DNA of 59,740 nt, the filler included, from Nitrospinae bacterium RIFCSPLOWO2_12_FULL_45_22 (GTDB taxonomy: Bacteria > 2-12-FULL-45-22): assembly GCA_001803565.1 (NCBI GenBank). It is 4 parts of 4 records of this genome, joined end to end, with 100 filler letters (N's around TTAATTAATTAA, not from the genome) between each part and the next. Parts side by side here need not be neighbours in the genome. Positions count along the whole stretch, not along the records: positions 15,906 to 39,547 come from MHDQ01000284.1; 3 more parts are not named here. One strand, 5' to 3'. The notes below the pieces were generated by a model, which worked only from the letters and a program-made list of their open reading frames with translations, was not told the DNA's origin and searched no databases. Made by a program: the position numbers and the translations under genes. Of the stretch, positions 18,917-28,552 are shown one piece after another; position 1 is the stretch's first letter, and every line of letters begins with the position of its first letter.

Positions 18917-20230
18917 ATGATCTTTATCAAAAATAGAAAGAGACGTCTGGTAATAATAGGGGTTGATGGCGTTCCTTACCGGCTCATACGGGATCTTTCC
19001 CAGACCGGCATCATGCCCCACACCGCATCCCTCATCAAGCAAGGCATCTTACGACAAATGGCTTCTTCCATCCCTGAAGTCTCCTCCGTAGCATGGAGCA
19101 GCATAATAACCGGTAAGAACCCAGCCGAACATGGGATATTCGGGTTTACTGATCTTGCCCCTGCAACTTACCGATTATCCTTTCCAAACTTCAGCGATCT
19201 TAAAGCACCACCGTTTTGGTACCATGACCCCAAGAGAAGATCAGTAATCATCAATGTCCCTTCGACCTATCCTGCCGAAAGCCTGAATGGGGTATTAATT
19301 TCTGGTTTCGTAGCCCTGGATATAGAACGGGCCACCTATCCCAAAACCCTTATCCCCAGGCTAATGGATATGGACTATAGGATAGATGTGGATTCTCAAA
19401 AGGCCCATAGCTCCCTCGATCTATTCCTTAAACATCTGGACCAGACCCTCAAAGCCCGCATAAAGGCTTACCGGTATCTCTGGGAGAATATAGATTGGGA
19501 TACCTTTATGGTGGTATTTACCGAGACAGATAGGCTTTCCCATTTCCTCTGGGATGCCTATGAAGACCCATCACATAAGTATCATCAGGCTTTCTTAAGG
19601 CATTTTTCTCAGATAGATGAAGCAATCGGAGAGATCAAATCCCGAACAAATGAGGATGATTCTATCATACTCCTTTCCGACCATGGCTTTGAGCGAACAG
19701 AAAAAAATGTTTATATAAGCTCCTATCTGAAAAATGAGGGATTCCTGAAGCTCAAAAAACCCTCTTCAGGTAATTACTCTGATATCGATCATCATACCAG
19801 GGCCTTTGCCCTTGATCCAGCAAGGATATATATCCATTTAAAAGGGAAATATCCCCGCGGTTCAGTAGAAAAAGAAGACCGCGATAAAGTAATTTGTGAT
19901 CTGGAAGCCCTCTTTAGCTCTATAGAAATACAGGGGAAAAAAGTGATCAAGAGGATCTATCGAAAAGAAGAGATCTTTTTCGGCCCTCTCTCTCCATATG
20001 CCCCCGATCTCGTCCTTCTCCCTCATCAAGGCTTTGACTTGAAGGCCGGCCTGAAGGCAAAAGAACCCTATGGCAAAGATATCTTTACCGGCAAACATAC
20101 CCAGCATGATGCCTTTCTGTTGGTAAGTGATCATTCCGATGACGATATTATGCCCAATAACCCATCCGTCTTTGATATTGCGCATATAATAGGAAGGCTT
20201 TGCAATGGAAACACGACACCTAATGATTGA
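18917..20230 (+). CDS. Type I phosphodiesterase/nucleotide pyrophosphatase (AlkP superfamily)
   Basis: IIGVDG, PEVSSVAWSSIITGKNPAEHGIFGF, INVPSTYP, ETDRLSHFLW, LSDHGF, TGKH. Confidence 0.9.
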   Translation: MIFIKNRKRRLVIIGVDGVPYRLIRDLSQTGIMPHTASLIKQGILRQMASSIPEVSSVAWSSIITGKNPAEHGIFGFTDLAPATYRLSFPNFSDLKAPPFWYHDPKRRSVIINVPSTYPAESLNGVLISGFVALDIERATYPKTLIPRLMDMDYRIDVDSQKAHSSLDLFLKHLDQTLKARIKAYRYLWENIDWDTFMVVFTETDRLSHFLWDAYEDPSHKYHQAFLRHFSQIDEAIGEIKSRTNEDDSIILLSDHGFERTEKNVYISSYLKNEGFLKLKKPSSGNYSDIDHHTRAFALDPARIYIHLKGKYPRGSVEKEDRDKVICDLEALFSSIEIQGKKVIKRIYRKEEIFFGPLSPYAPDLVLLPHQGFDLKAGLKAKEPYGKDIFTGKHTQHDAFLLVSDHSDDDIMPNNPSVFDIAHIIGRLCNGNTTPND

Positions 20231-20278
20231 AGTATTGAGAATCGAGGGGAAAATCAAAAAAAGGAGAGAGGTGAGTAA

Positions 20279-21805
20279 ATGAGCGCGTATTCCATGCACA
20301 ATCAGGACAAAACCTGTTGGAATTGTCCGGCTATTGACCTTGCAGGAATGGTCGATTTTCGGGCCTGCGGTCAGTCACTCCAAATTAGCAAGGCCCGGAG
20401 TGACGATTCAGATACCTACATCCTGGCCAGGTGTAAGAGAAACCCTGGCCTGGGAGTTTATGATCCTACGACGATTACCTTTGCTGAATGTCCAGAATGG
20501 ATAGAGCGCCCATATGGATACCTCCTTAGAGATATGAGGGTCATGATCCTGGGTATAGATGGCTATCTGGGATGGACCCTGGCCCTCTGGCTCGGCAATT
20601 TAGGCATTAAAGTAAGTGGTATTGACAACTATAACCGGAGAAATTGGGTAAAAGAAAGAGGAGCCCATACCGTAGTGCCTATTTCCCGGATGAGTGAGAG
20701 GCTCCATGCCGCTACGTCTGTTTTGGGAATAGACATAAACTTTCGGGAAATAGACATCATGGATCGGGCAAGACTTGCCGAGTTTATCGATGAGGTGAAG
20801 CCCGAGGCCATTGTCCATTATGCCGAGTGCCCCAGTGCACCCTACAGTATGATCGATGCCGAGCATGCCATTCTGGTACAGGAGAATAATGTCCTGGGGA
20901 CCCTGGGGCTTCTATTTATCATGCGGGATCTGGTCCCCGAGACCTCCCTGATAAAGCTGGGAACCATGGGAGAATACGGTACCCCATTGACTGGACGTCC
21001 CATTTTTGAGGGGATCTTCCCTGCCGATGCGATCCTGAAATGGGACAATCGCGAATGGAGCCTGGGCGGTGAGCTAACTCCCCGGGATCCAGTAAGCTTC
21101 TACCATGTGAGCAAAGTCCAGGATACCTTCAATGTGTATGAGTCATGCAAATATTGGTGGCTCCGTTCCTATGATGTCATGCAAGGGGTGATCTACGGTA
21201 TCCATACCGACCAGGTAGCTGCCGATGAAAGGCTCCGGACCCGGTTCGATATCGATGAATGGTTTGGTACCGTAATAAACCGCTTTGTCGCACAAGCCGT
21301 TATTGGGTTCCCCTTGAGTATCTATGGGGCGGGCGAGCAGCTTAGAGGATTTATTGCCTTAGAAGATGCTATGCAGTGTATGGTTAGGCTTATCGCCTCT
21401 CCTCCCGATCCCGGTCAATACGGCGTAGTAAACCAGATGTCCGGATACTGTAGCATAAGGAGTTTGGCAGAAACAGTAGCAGAGATAGGGAGCCAGGAAT
21501 TCGGCCTCACAGTAAGAATACAGAGGGTAGAAAATCCCCGGGTAGAGGCGGACATACATCCCTTTGAGCCCATATATGACAATCTTCCCAAAGAGTTTGC
21601 TTTCCAACCCAAGGTATCACCCGAGATGGAAATTTACCGGATGTTCGAACTCTTGACCCAGCCGAGCATTAAACAAAGGATAGAAGAGAAGAAGCATCTT
21701 ATCCTCCCCCGGACCTGGTGGTCAGGACAGAAAAAACCAGTGGAAACCCTTGAAGTCATTGATGAGGTAGAATATGCCCCCAGAGCTAAAGTTTACCTCA
21801 GCTAA
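20279..21805 (+). CDS. sqdB: UDP-sulfoquinovose synthase (SqdB/Agl3-like) with an 85-aa Cys-rich N-terminal extension
   Basis: ILGIDGYLGW, PSAPYSMID, NNVLGT, KLGTMGEYGTP, SFYHVSK, QGVIYG, FGTVINRF, YGAGEQLRGF. Confidence 0.85.
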   Translation: MSAYSMHNQDKTCWNCPAIDLAGMVDFRACGQSLQISKARSDDSDTYILARCKRNPGLGVYDPTTITFAECPEWIERPYGYLLRDMRVMILGIDGYLGWTLALWLGNLGIKVSGIDNYNRRNWVKERGAHTVVPISRMSERLHAATSVLGIDINFREIDIMDRARLAEFIDEVKPEAIVHYAECPSAPYSMIDAEHAILVQENNVLGTLGLLFIMRDLVPETSLIKLGTMGEYGTPLTGRPIFEGIFPADAILKWDNREWSLGGELTPRDPVSFYHVSKVQDTFNVYESCKYWWLRSYDVMQGVIYGIHTDQVAADERLRTRFDIDEWFGTVINRFVAQAVIGFPLSIYGAGEQLRGFIALEDAMQCMVRLIASPPDPGQYGVVNQMSGYCSIRSLAETVAEIGSQEFGLTVRIQRVENPRVEADIHPFEPIYDNLPKEFAFQPKVSPEMEIYRMFELLTQPSIKQRIEEKKHLILPRTWWSGQKKPVETLEVIDEVEYAPRAKVYLS

Positions 21806-22097
21806 TTTTCAGACAGAGGTGATCGGGTCAGATGTCCCGGTAATGGTAGATTTTTGGGCCTCCTGGTGTCTCCCGTGCAAGGCCATAGAACCGATACTCT
21901 CAGAGCTTGCAGAAGACTATAAAGGTAAGGTCAAGATTGGTAAGATAAATGTGGACCAAAATCGCAAAATAGCTTCCCAGTGCGGAATCCAGGGACTACC
22001 CACCTTTATCCTCTTTAGCTCGGGAAGAGTCATTGACCGCAGAACCGGGTCCCAGTCCAAATCCCAGCTAAAAGAAATGCTCAATCGCGTGAGCTAG
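21774..22097 (+). CDS. trxA: Thioredoxin
   Basis: PVMVDFWASWCLPCK, KINVD, IQGLPT; overlaps the sqdB 3' end. Confidence 0.92.
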   Translation: MPPELKFTSANFQTEVIGSDVPVMVDFWASWCLPCKAIEPILSELAEDYKGKVKIGKINVDQNRKIASQCGIQGLPTFILFSSGRVIDRRTGSQSKSQLKEMLNRVS

Positions 22098-22104
22098 AAG
22101 GAAA

Positions 22105-23211
22105 ATGGTTCTACACGACTCACCCATTAATACGGTATTAATCACTGGTGGATGCGGGTTTATCGGCCTGAACCTGGTGGATTATCTATTAAAGAACTGA
22201 TCATATTCCCTCCGTATCCTCGATAATCTCTCTATAGGAAGCCTGGACCATCTCAAGGAAGTTGTTACATCCCATAATCTCCACCTCCAGACCATATACC
22301 TCGGCCAGGACCCACAAAGCCCTCCGGCTGCCGGACCTCAACCACCAATAGTTGACCTTTATATTGGCGACATCAGGAGCTTGGATACATGCCTTAAGGC
22401 TATGGAGGGAATAGATGCCATTGTACACCTGGCTGCCCATGCCGGCGTAATCCCCTCCATAGGGAACCCAAGGTTTGATTTTGAGGTAAATGTCCTGGGC
22501 ACCCTGAACCTCCTCCAGGCCTCCGTTCAGAAGGGGATCAACAAGTTCATCTTTGCCTCTTCCAACGCCCCTCTGGGTGATCAGGAGCCACCCATGAATG
22601 AAGATAAGGTCCCAAGGCCTCTTTCCCCCTATGGTGCCGGTAAATTGGCCGGGGAAGGCTACTGCTCGGCATATCATGGATCTTACGGACTAAAGACTGT
22701 TTCTTTACGGTTCTCCAATGTCTATGGGCCTTACTCGACCCACAAAGGGAGTGTGGTGGCCCTATTCATCAAAAAGGCCATCGAGGGAAAGCCGCTGGTT
22801 ATTTATGGTGATGGCAATCAAACACGTGATTTCCTTTATGTACATGACCTCTGCCGTGCCATCCATCTAATCCTCAATCCTTCAATCCTTACCCTTGTCT
22901 TTAATCCCGAATCCTTACCCCGTAATCCTAAAATATGGGGTCAGACCTTCCAGATTGCCACCGGCAGAGAAACCACCATAAATATCATTGCCCAAAAGAT
23001 CAAAGCACTCGTAGAGAAAGACACTAATCAGAAAATCAATATAGTGTATGGCGATAAACGAAAAGGGGAGATAATCCGTAATTGTTCAGATATTACCAAA
23101 GCCCGCACATTTTTCGGGTACAGCCCCACATATGACCTGGATATCGGTCTGGAAAGTACCTGGAATTGGTTTTTGAAAAACATCAACCCGATCAACTCTA
23201 TAACTCTATGA
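22105..23211 (+). pseudogene. NAD-dependent epimerase/dehydratase with an in-frame TGA at codon 32 (22198-22200)
   Basis: ATG 22105 gives VLITGGCGFIG...LLKN*SYSLRILDNLS, in frame with the called 22381 ORF (HLAA, PLSPYGAGK, LRFSNVYGP, GDGNQTRDF). Confidence 0.85.
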
Positions 23212-24287
23212 ACTCGATACACGAGGTTCATATAAACTCCTATACACCCCTTGAATTACTCAACTTATATTATTCAGATGGGCAGTGCGAAGGCAATAAA
23301 GGGAACAAGTTGTGGCAAAAGATGAACTCCCTTCTCTCCTGGCATAATCTTCTAAATCACAATTATCAATCGGATTTATGTCCTTTACTGTTCTATGTTA
23401 TCACTAAGGCCCTACCCAAACTGAATAGTAGGATTTTGCAACAAGATCGAACCTTTGATGAATGGGTCCCTGACCCTATTCTGGCACAACTCCAGAAGTA
23501 TTACCAAAATAGTCTCAAAAGAAACATAATTCTCCTGGAGGAATTAAAACAAATTATTCAGGAGTTAAAAAAACAAGGTATTCAATTAGTCATTCTTAAA
23601 GGAGCTTTCTTAGCAGAGAATGTGTATAAGAATATTGCCTGTCGGCCCATGAGTGATTTAGATATATTGATTAGGAATGCTGATCGAGAGAAATGCTATG
23701 AGATACTCCTGAATATCGGTTACAGAAGGATACCTGAAAGTCAACAAACGGAGACCCTGCACTATAAATTCTTTAAGGATTTCTTAGGTAAAACTGTGAT
23801 AATTGAGATACACCACCGGTTGGTTAAGGAAAAATTTCAGACTAATTTCAACCTGGAAGAGATTTTGTTTTGGGGCTATCTTCCCATCGAGGACCACCTG
23901 GTGCATCTTTCCTGGCACGCAATTAGGCATGGTATCATACGGCTTTTATGGCTCTGTGATATCGCGCAGATTATCAAGAATAACAAGAATTCAATTAATT
24001 GGGAAGTTGTAAGCCAAAAAAGTATAAGTTCCAACACCAAAAAACAATATATCCTTGTTGTGCATTTGACTACTACTCTGCTTATGCCATCATTTTGGAA
24101 TAATCGAGCCAGTCTAATTACTTATCCGATACATCGTATTTCTGAGGTCTTATTTTTATCGATACAAAAAAAAGTGAAAAACCTAGAGGATCCAAGAACA
24201 TTGAGGTATCTGTTAAATATGTGCCTGATGAGGCAAAAAGATCTTAAAAAACCCATTCAACAATACATTCATTACCGACTAATGTAA
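23208..24287 (+). CDS. Nucleotidyltransferase family protein (NTP_transf_5-like)
   Basis: VILKGAFLAENVY...RPMSDLDILI, IEIHH, LWLCDIA; ATGA overlap with the upstream gene. Confidence 0.85.
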   Translation: MNSIHEVHINSYTPLELLNLYYSDGQCEGNKGNKLWQKMNSLLSWHNLLNHNYQSDLCPLLFYVITKALPKLNSRILQQDRTFDEWVPDPILAQLQKYYQNSLKRNIILLEELKQIIQELKKQGIQLVILKGAFLAENVYKNIACRPMSDLDILIRNADREKCYEILLNIGYRRIPESQQTETLHYKFFKDFLGKTVIIEIHHRLVKEKFQTNFNLEEILFWGYLPIEDHLVHLSWHAIRHGIIRLLWLCDIAQIIKNNKNSINWEVVSQKSISSNTKKQYILVVHLTTTLLMPSFWNNRASLITYPIHRISEVLFLSIQKKVKNLEDPRTLRYLLNMCLMRQKDLKKPIQQYIHYRLM

Positions 24288-24389
24288 CACCTGTTTTTAC
24301 ATTTCTAGTAGTTTTAAAGTGGGCTTAGTTCCATTCCGGACATAATGATACTACTAAAAGCCATTTAGACCACTGTCTAGTTGTGGAGG

Positions 24390-24619
24390 GTCACTGCACA
24401 CATTATGATCCGTGGTGACGAAGTAAAAGTTATAACGGATACCCCTCTGGCTATTAAGCGCGGCGTTGGGTGGTGAAGCGAATGTACTCTTTGGATAAAC
24501 CGCTTTCGTCGCCTTTTGATCCGTTGGGAGAAGAAGATGGGAAACTGTTTAGCGTTGCTCCATTTTGCTTGCTTATGGATTACTTTCCGTACAGTCGAAT
24601 TTTTCAGATATGCTCTTAG
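24390..24619 (+). mobile_element. Frameshifted 3' remnant of an IS5-family transposase with its right end
   Basis: Fragments TAHIMIRGDE, RRWVVKR, WINRFRRLLIRWEKK..N.LALLHFACLWITFR; ends gatatgctctta. Confidence 0.75.
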
Positions 24620-24646
24620 CAGCCCATTTTTTATTGAAAGGTAGCT

Positions 24647-25945
24647 ATGCATAGGGATAAGCTCTTAATCTTAGGTGCTGGCATAACAGGTTTAAGTGCA
24701 GGGGTAAGTCTAAGTAAAGAAATTTATGAAGCGAATAATATTCCGGGTGGTATTTGTACTTCTTATTATGTGAATCCTGAAAGTAAAAAGACTTATCTTT
24801 ATACAGATGGGGAGACCTACAGATTTGAGATAGGTGGGGGACACTGGATCCATGGTGCGGACGATTATGTAATGAAATTCATAAACAGGCTGTCTCCGGT
24901 AAAATGTTATGAGAGGAAATCAGCCGTATATTTCCCTGATTGGGATCTGTATGTTCCCTATCCTTTACAAAATCATTTATCCTATCTCCCAAGGGATATT
25001 GCTCGTAAGGCATTAGATGAGATTATCCAGTCCGATCATAGAAAAGATGTCTTTATACTGGCCGATTGGCTTAGGCTACACTTTGGTAAAACCTTATGTG
25101 AGTTGTTCTTCTTTCCCTTTCATGAATTGTATACTGCTGGCCTTTTTACTAAGATTGAACCTCAGGATAAATACAAAACTCCGGTTGATAAAGAACAGAT
25201 CATCAAAGGATTTAAGGAAAAGATACCGCCGGCGGGATACAATACCACTTTTGTCTATCCTGAAAGGGGTCTGGATGGGTTAATAGACAAGATGGCCAAG
25301 GCATGCAAGGTAAATTTTAATAAGGAAGTTAATGAGATAGATACTAAAAAAAGAGAAATTTTTTTTAAAGACGGTACTAGTGCTAAGTATAAGGATTTAA
25401 TTTCCACCTTACCTCTAAATAAGGTTATAAAGCTAACCAACTTAAGCGTTGATGAACTAGAGCCACCTTACACATCTGTCCTCGTGATAAATATCGGTGC
25501 GAAGAAAGGCAGCAGATGCCCGGATCATCACTGGCTTTATATCCCAAAAAGTAAATCAGGTTTCCACCGGGTCGGTTTTTATAGTAATGTTGACAGTTCA
25601 TTTTTACCTAAATCTTCAAGAGGGAATAATGATAGAGTAGCCATATATGTAGAAAAAGCATATTTACCCAAAAAAAACCTAGAGGCTGAGGAAATAAAAA
25701 GATCATGTAATGAAGTTGTGAAGGAACTACAAAGTTGGATGTTTATAGATGAAGCAGAGGTTATAGACCCTACCTGGATTGAGATTGCCTATACCTGGTC
25801 ATACCCTGGTTCTAAATGGAAGCATGGGGCAATACAACTCTTGAGACAAAATGGCATCTATCAAATTGGCCGCTATGGTTTGTGGGAATGTCAAGGTATA
25901 GCAAAATCGATAAAAGATGGGTTGCAGGTTAAATATGGAAGATAA
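24647..25945 (+). CDS. FAD-dependent oxidoreductase (HemY-like fold), candidate UDP-pyranose mutase
   Basis: ILGAGITGLS, GGICTS, FEIGGGHW, YPLQNHL, FVYPERG, FHRVGFYSN, IGRYGLW; next to a GT2. Confidence 0.75.
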   Translation: MHRDKLLILGAGITGLSAGVSLSKEIYEANNIPGGICTSYYVNPESKKTYLYTDGETYRFEIGGGHWIHGADDYVMKFINRLSPVKCYERKSAVYFPDWDLYVPYPLQNHLSYLPRDIARKALDEIIQSDHRKDVFILADWLRLHFGKTLCELFFFPFHELYTAGLFTKIEPQDKYKTPVDKEQIIKGFKEKIPPAGYNTTFVYPERGLDGLIDKMAKACKVNFNKEVNEIDTKKREIFFKDGTSAKYKDLISTLPLNKVIKLTNLSVDELEPPYTSVLVINIGAKKGSRCPDHHWLYIPKSKSGFHRVGFYSNVDSSFLPKSSRGNNDRVAIYVEKAYLPKKNLEAEEIKRSCNEVVKELQSWMFIDEAEVIDPTWIEIAYTWSYPGSKWKHGAIQLLRQNGIYQIGRYGLWECQGIAKSIKDGLQVKYGR

Positions 25946-26888
25946 AAGAAAAGAAACTATTTGTGCAGTTGTAGTTACCTTTAATCGCAAAAAACTATTA
26001 GGGGAATGCTTGGATACCTTATTGGTCCAGAGGAGACCTCTGGATTCAATCATCATCATAGACAATGATAGTTCAGATGGAACTGAAGAATTCTTAAAAG
26101 AGAAATATCTCAATAATTCGGTTTTCCATTATGTACGCCTCCCAGAAAATACCGGAGGAGCAGGCGGTTTTCATGAAGGTATGAAGAAAGGCATTGAAAG
26201 AGGCTTTGATTGGTTATGGCTAATGGATGATGATGGAAAAGCTAACACCACGACATTAGATGCTCTCTATAAAAAAGCAAAGGAGCTAAACATAAAAGCT
26301 ATAGCTCCCTTGGTGGTTTCTATTGAGAACAAAGGGAGTCTATGCTCTCGCTTATCGAACAAATCAAAGAAAATATATGATGTTTCCACTGCGTTGGCAC
26401 TTTCAGATGAAAATGGCTGTATATGGAATAGTGCTAGTTTTTTTAATGGCTTATTGATCAATCGAGACGTCATACAAAAAATAGGGCTTACCATTAAAGA
26501 TTTTTTCATATGGGGTGACGAAAGAGAATACCAATCCAGAATCATAATATCCGGGTTTAGACTTTGTACATATGTGGGCGCTATTTTTCAACACCCTATA
26601 ACAAAAACCAGACTGCATCCCATTTTGTATGGATTAATACGCGTTAAATGGACCGATAATAATCTAAAAGATTACTGTGCTACGCGCAATTGGATATATA
26701 TTACTAAAAAATATAATACTTACTCTTTTTTCCTTAAAAAAGTTATAATCCATTTATTAAAGTATATTTATTACTTTATTTTAGTTCGAAAATTTGATGT
26801 GAAAAATCTCCGAATATATTTTTGTGCATTAAGGGATGGATATCTTGGTAATCTTAAGCTACATAAGAAATATATGCAACAATTATAA
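25935..26888 (+). CDS. Glycosyltransferase family 2 (GlfT1/WbbN-like)
   Basis: AVVVTFNRKKLL, IDNDSSDGT, ENTGGAGGF, WLWLMDDD, FFIWGDEREY. Confidence 0.9.
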   Translation: MEDKRKETICAVVVTFNRKKLLGECLDTLLVQRRPLDSIIIIDNDSSDGTEEFLKEKYLNNSVFHYVRLPENTGGAGGFHEGMKKGIERGFDWLWLMDDDGKANTTTLDALYKKAKELNIKAIAPLVVSIENKGSLCSRLSNKSKKIYDVSTALALSDENGCIWNSASFFNGLLINRDVIQKIGLTIKDFFIWGDEREYQSRIIISGFRLCTYVGAIFQHPITKTRLHPILYGLIRVKWTDNNLKDYCATRNWIYITKKYNTYSFFLKKVIIHLLKYIYYFILVRKFDVKNLRIYFCALRDGYLGNLKLHKKYMQQL

Positions 26889-26995
26889 ATCTTTTTTGTA
26901 ATGGTTTGCAGCCGACTCTAATGAGTTTCATTTCCCAATAGCCCTTTTCCATTGGGGTTTAGTATCGCCCAGGGTTAAGGGATAGGTTTCCCAGC

Positions 26996-28552
26996 ATGAG
27001 ACAATCATTCATTGAGGATTCATCCATTCCAAAGGATCTAGCTGAGGATATTACCAAAGTGGCCAGGGAGGCTGGGACTACTCTGATCGGGAGTGTAATA
27101 GGGCGTGGGCTCTTTTTCATCACCCAGGTGATCATCGCTCGTTTCCTTGGGGCAGAGGTGTTTGGCCTGTACATCCTGGGCCTAACTATCCTCAAAATCA
27201 CCGAACTAATCTCCAGGTTTGGCCTTCATACAGGGGCCATGCGGTTTGTGTCCATCTATCGGAAAGAGAGCCCATCCAGGGTCAAAGGAACCTTAACCTC
27301 CACCTTATCTATCTCTTTTATAAACGGGATCGTCCTGGGAGTTATTCTATTCTTATTGGCCGATCTTATCTCCCGGATTATCTTTCATAAATCCGAGCTA
27401 AAAAATATCATTCAGACCTTTGCCTTCTGTGTTCCCTTTATGGCCTCAATGACGGTTGTAGCTACTGCCTCTCAAGGGTTCCATACAGCAAAGTATGCTG
27501 TCTATATAAAAAATTTCATCCAACCTTCAGCCAACTTTGCGTTGATTTTTCTCTTCACCTTGCTCGGCCTGGGCCTTTCAGGAATTATCTATTCTTTCGT
27601 GATCTCCCATATCATCGCCTTGATGGTAGGACTCCATCTTATAAAGAAGCTCTTCCCTGGCTTAAGAGACCGAACATTAAGACCTGACTATGAAATAAAA
27701 AACCTCCTGATCTACTCAACCCCCCTTGTTTTTACAGATTTTTTACATTTCCTTCTTTCCTGGACAGATATCATGATGCTTGGAATGATGAGGGCCTCTT
27801 TCGATGTAGGGATTTACCGGGCTGCGTCTCAGGTGCCTCACTTTCTCACTCTTATTTTAAACGCCTCTAATTCTATCTATGCTCCCGTTATTGCAGATCT
27901 ATTCTATCAGGGGGAAAAAGAACGTCTAGGAAAAATTTTTAAGACCACCACCCGATGGGTTTTCTATATTACCCTGCCTGCCTCATTGATCTTTATCTTT
28001 TCTGCCAAAGAGATCATGTCTATCTTTGGAACCACATTTGTATCGCAAGGTGCTATTGTTCTAATCATCCTAACTATTGCCCAACTCATCAACTGTACCA
28101 CAGGGGGCGTTGGTGTCACTCTTACAATGACTGGAAAACAGAATATGGAATTTGGCAATTCTGCTACCCTTGCTCTTCTCAATATCTTCCTTAATACGCT
28201 ACTTATACCAAAGTATGGGGTCATTGGTGCCGCTATCGCCACGACCATCGCGATCAGTACAATCAATATTGTTCGGCTCATTGAAGTCTTTCTTCTTTAT
28301 CGAATTCATCCTTATGACTTAGAGTATCTAAAAGGCTGTCTAGCCTTTATCTTTTTAATTCTTGTACTCTTTATTTTAACATACATGGATTTACCCAATT
28401 TTATCTCCCTCCTTACTAATACGGTCGCAGTATTGGGTATATTTATCCTTATTTTGATGCGATTGGGATTTAATGGTGAAGATAGATTCATCATCGAGAA
28501 AGTGAGGTCAAAGCTCGTTTTCAAGCATGGCTTAGAAGGAGCGGGGCAATGA
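26996..28552 (+). CDS. Wzx-type polysaccharide flippase (MOP family)
   Basis: Many TM helices; IARFLGAEVFGLY, WTDIMMLG, VGIYRAA, LLIPKYGVIGAAIAT. Confidence 0.9.
   Translation: MRQSFIEDSSIPKDLAEDITKVAREAGTTLIGSVIGRGLFFITQVIIARFLGAEVFGLYILGLTILKITELISRFGLHTGAMRFVSIYRKESPSRVKGTLTSTLSISFINGIVLGVILFLLADLISRIIFHKSELKNIIQTFAFCVPFMASMTVVATASQGFHTAKYAVYIKNFIQPSANFALIFLFTLLGLGLSGIIYSFVISHIIALMVGLHLIKKLFPGLRDRTLRPDYEIKNLLIYSTPLVFTDFLHFLLSWTDIMMLGMMRASFDVGIYRAASQVPHFLTLILNASNSIYAPVIADLFYQGEKERLGKIFKTTTRWVFYITLPASLIFIFSAKEIMSIFGTTFVSQGAIVLIILTIAQLINCTTGGVGVTLTMTGKQNMEFGNSATLALLNIFLNTLLIPKYGVIGAAIATTIAISTINIVRLIEVFLLYRIHPYDLEYLKGCLAFIFLILVLFILTYMDLPNFISLLTNTVAVLGIFILILMRLGFNGEDRFIIEKVRSKLVFKHGLEGAGQ

Noticed and set aside
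22198-22200. Selenocysteine or genetic-code reassignment of TGA
   Set aside because: The position is not a catalytic Cys site, no convincing SECIS-like hairpin was seen, and TGA is a normal stop for rpmF, plsX, fabD and others
24377-24652. 91-aa minus-strand ORF
   Set aside because: Antisense to the IS5 remnant recognised on the plus strand
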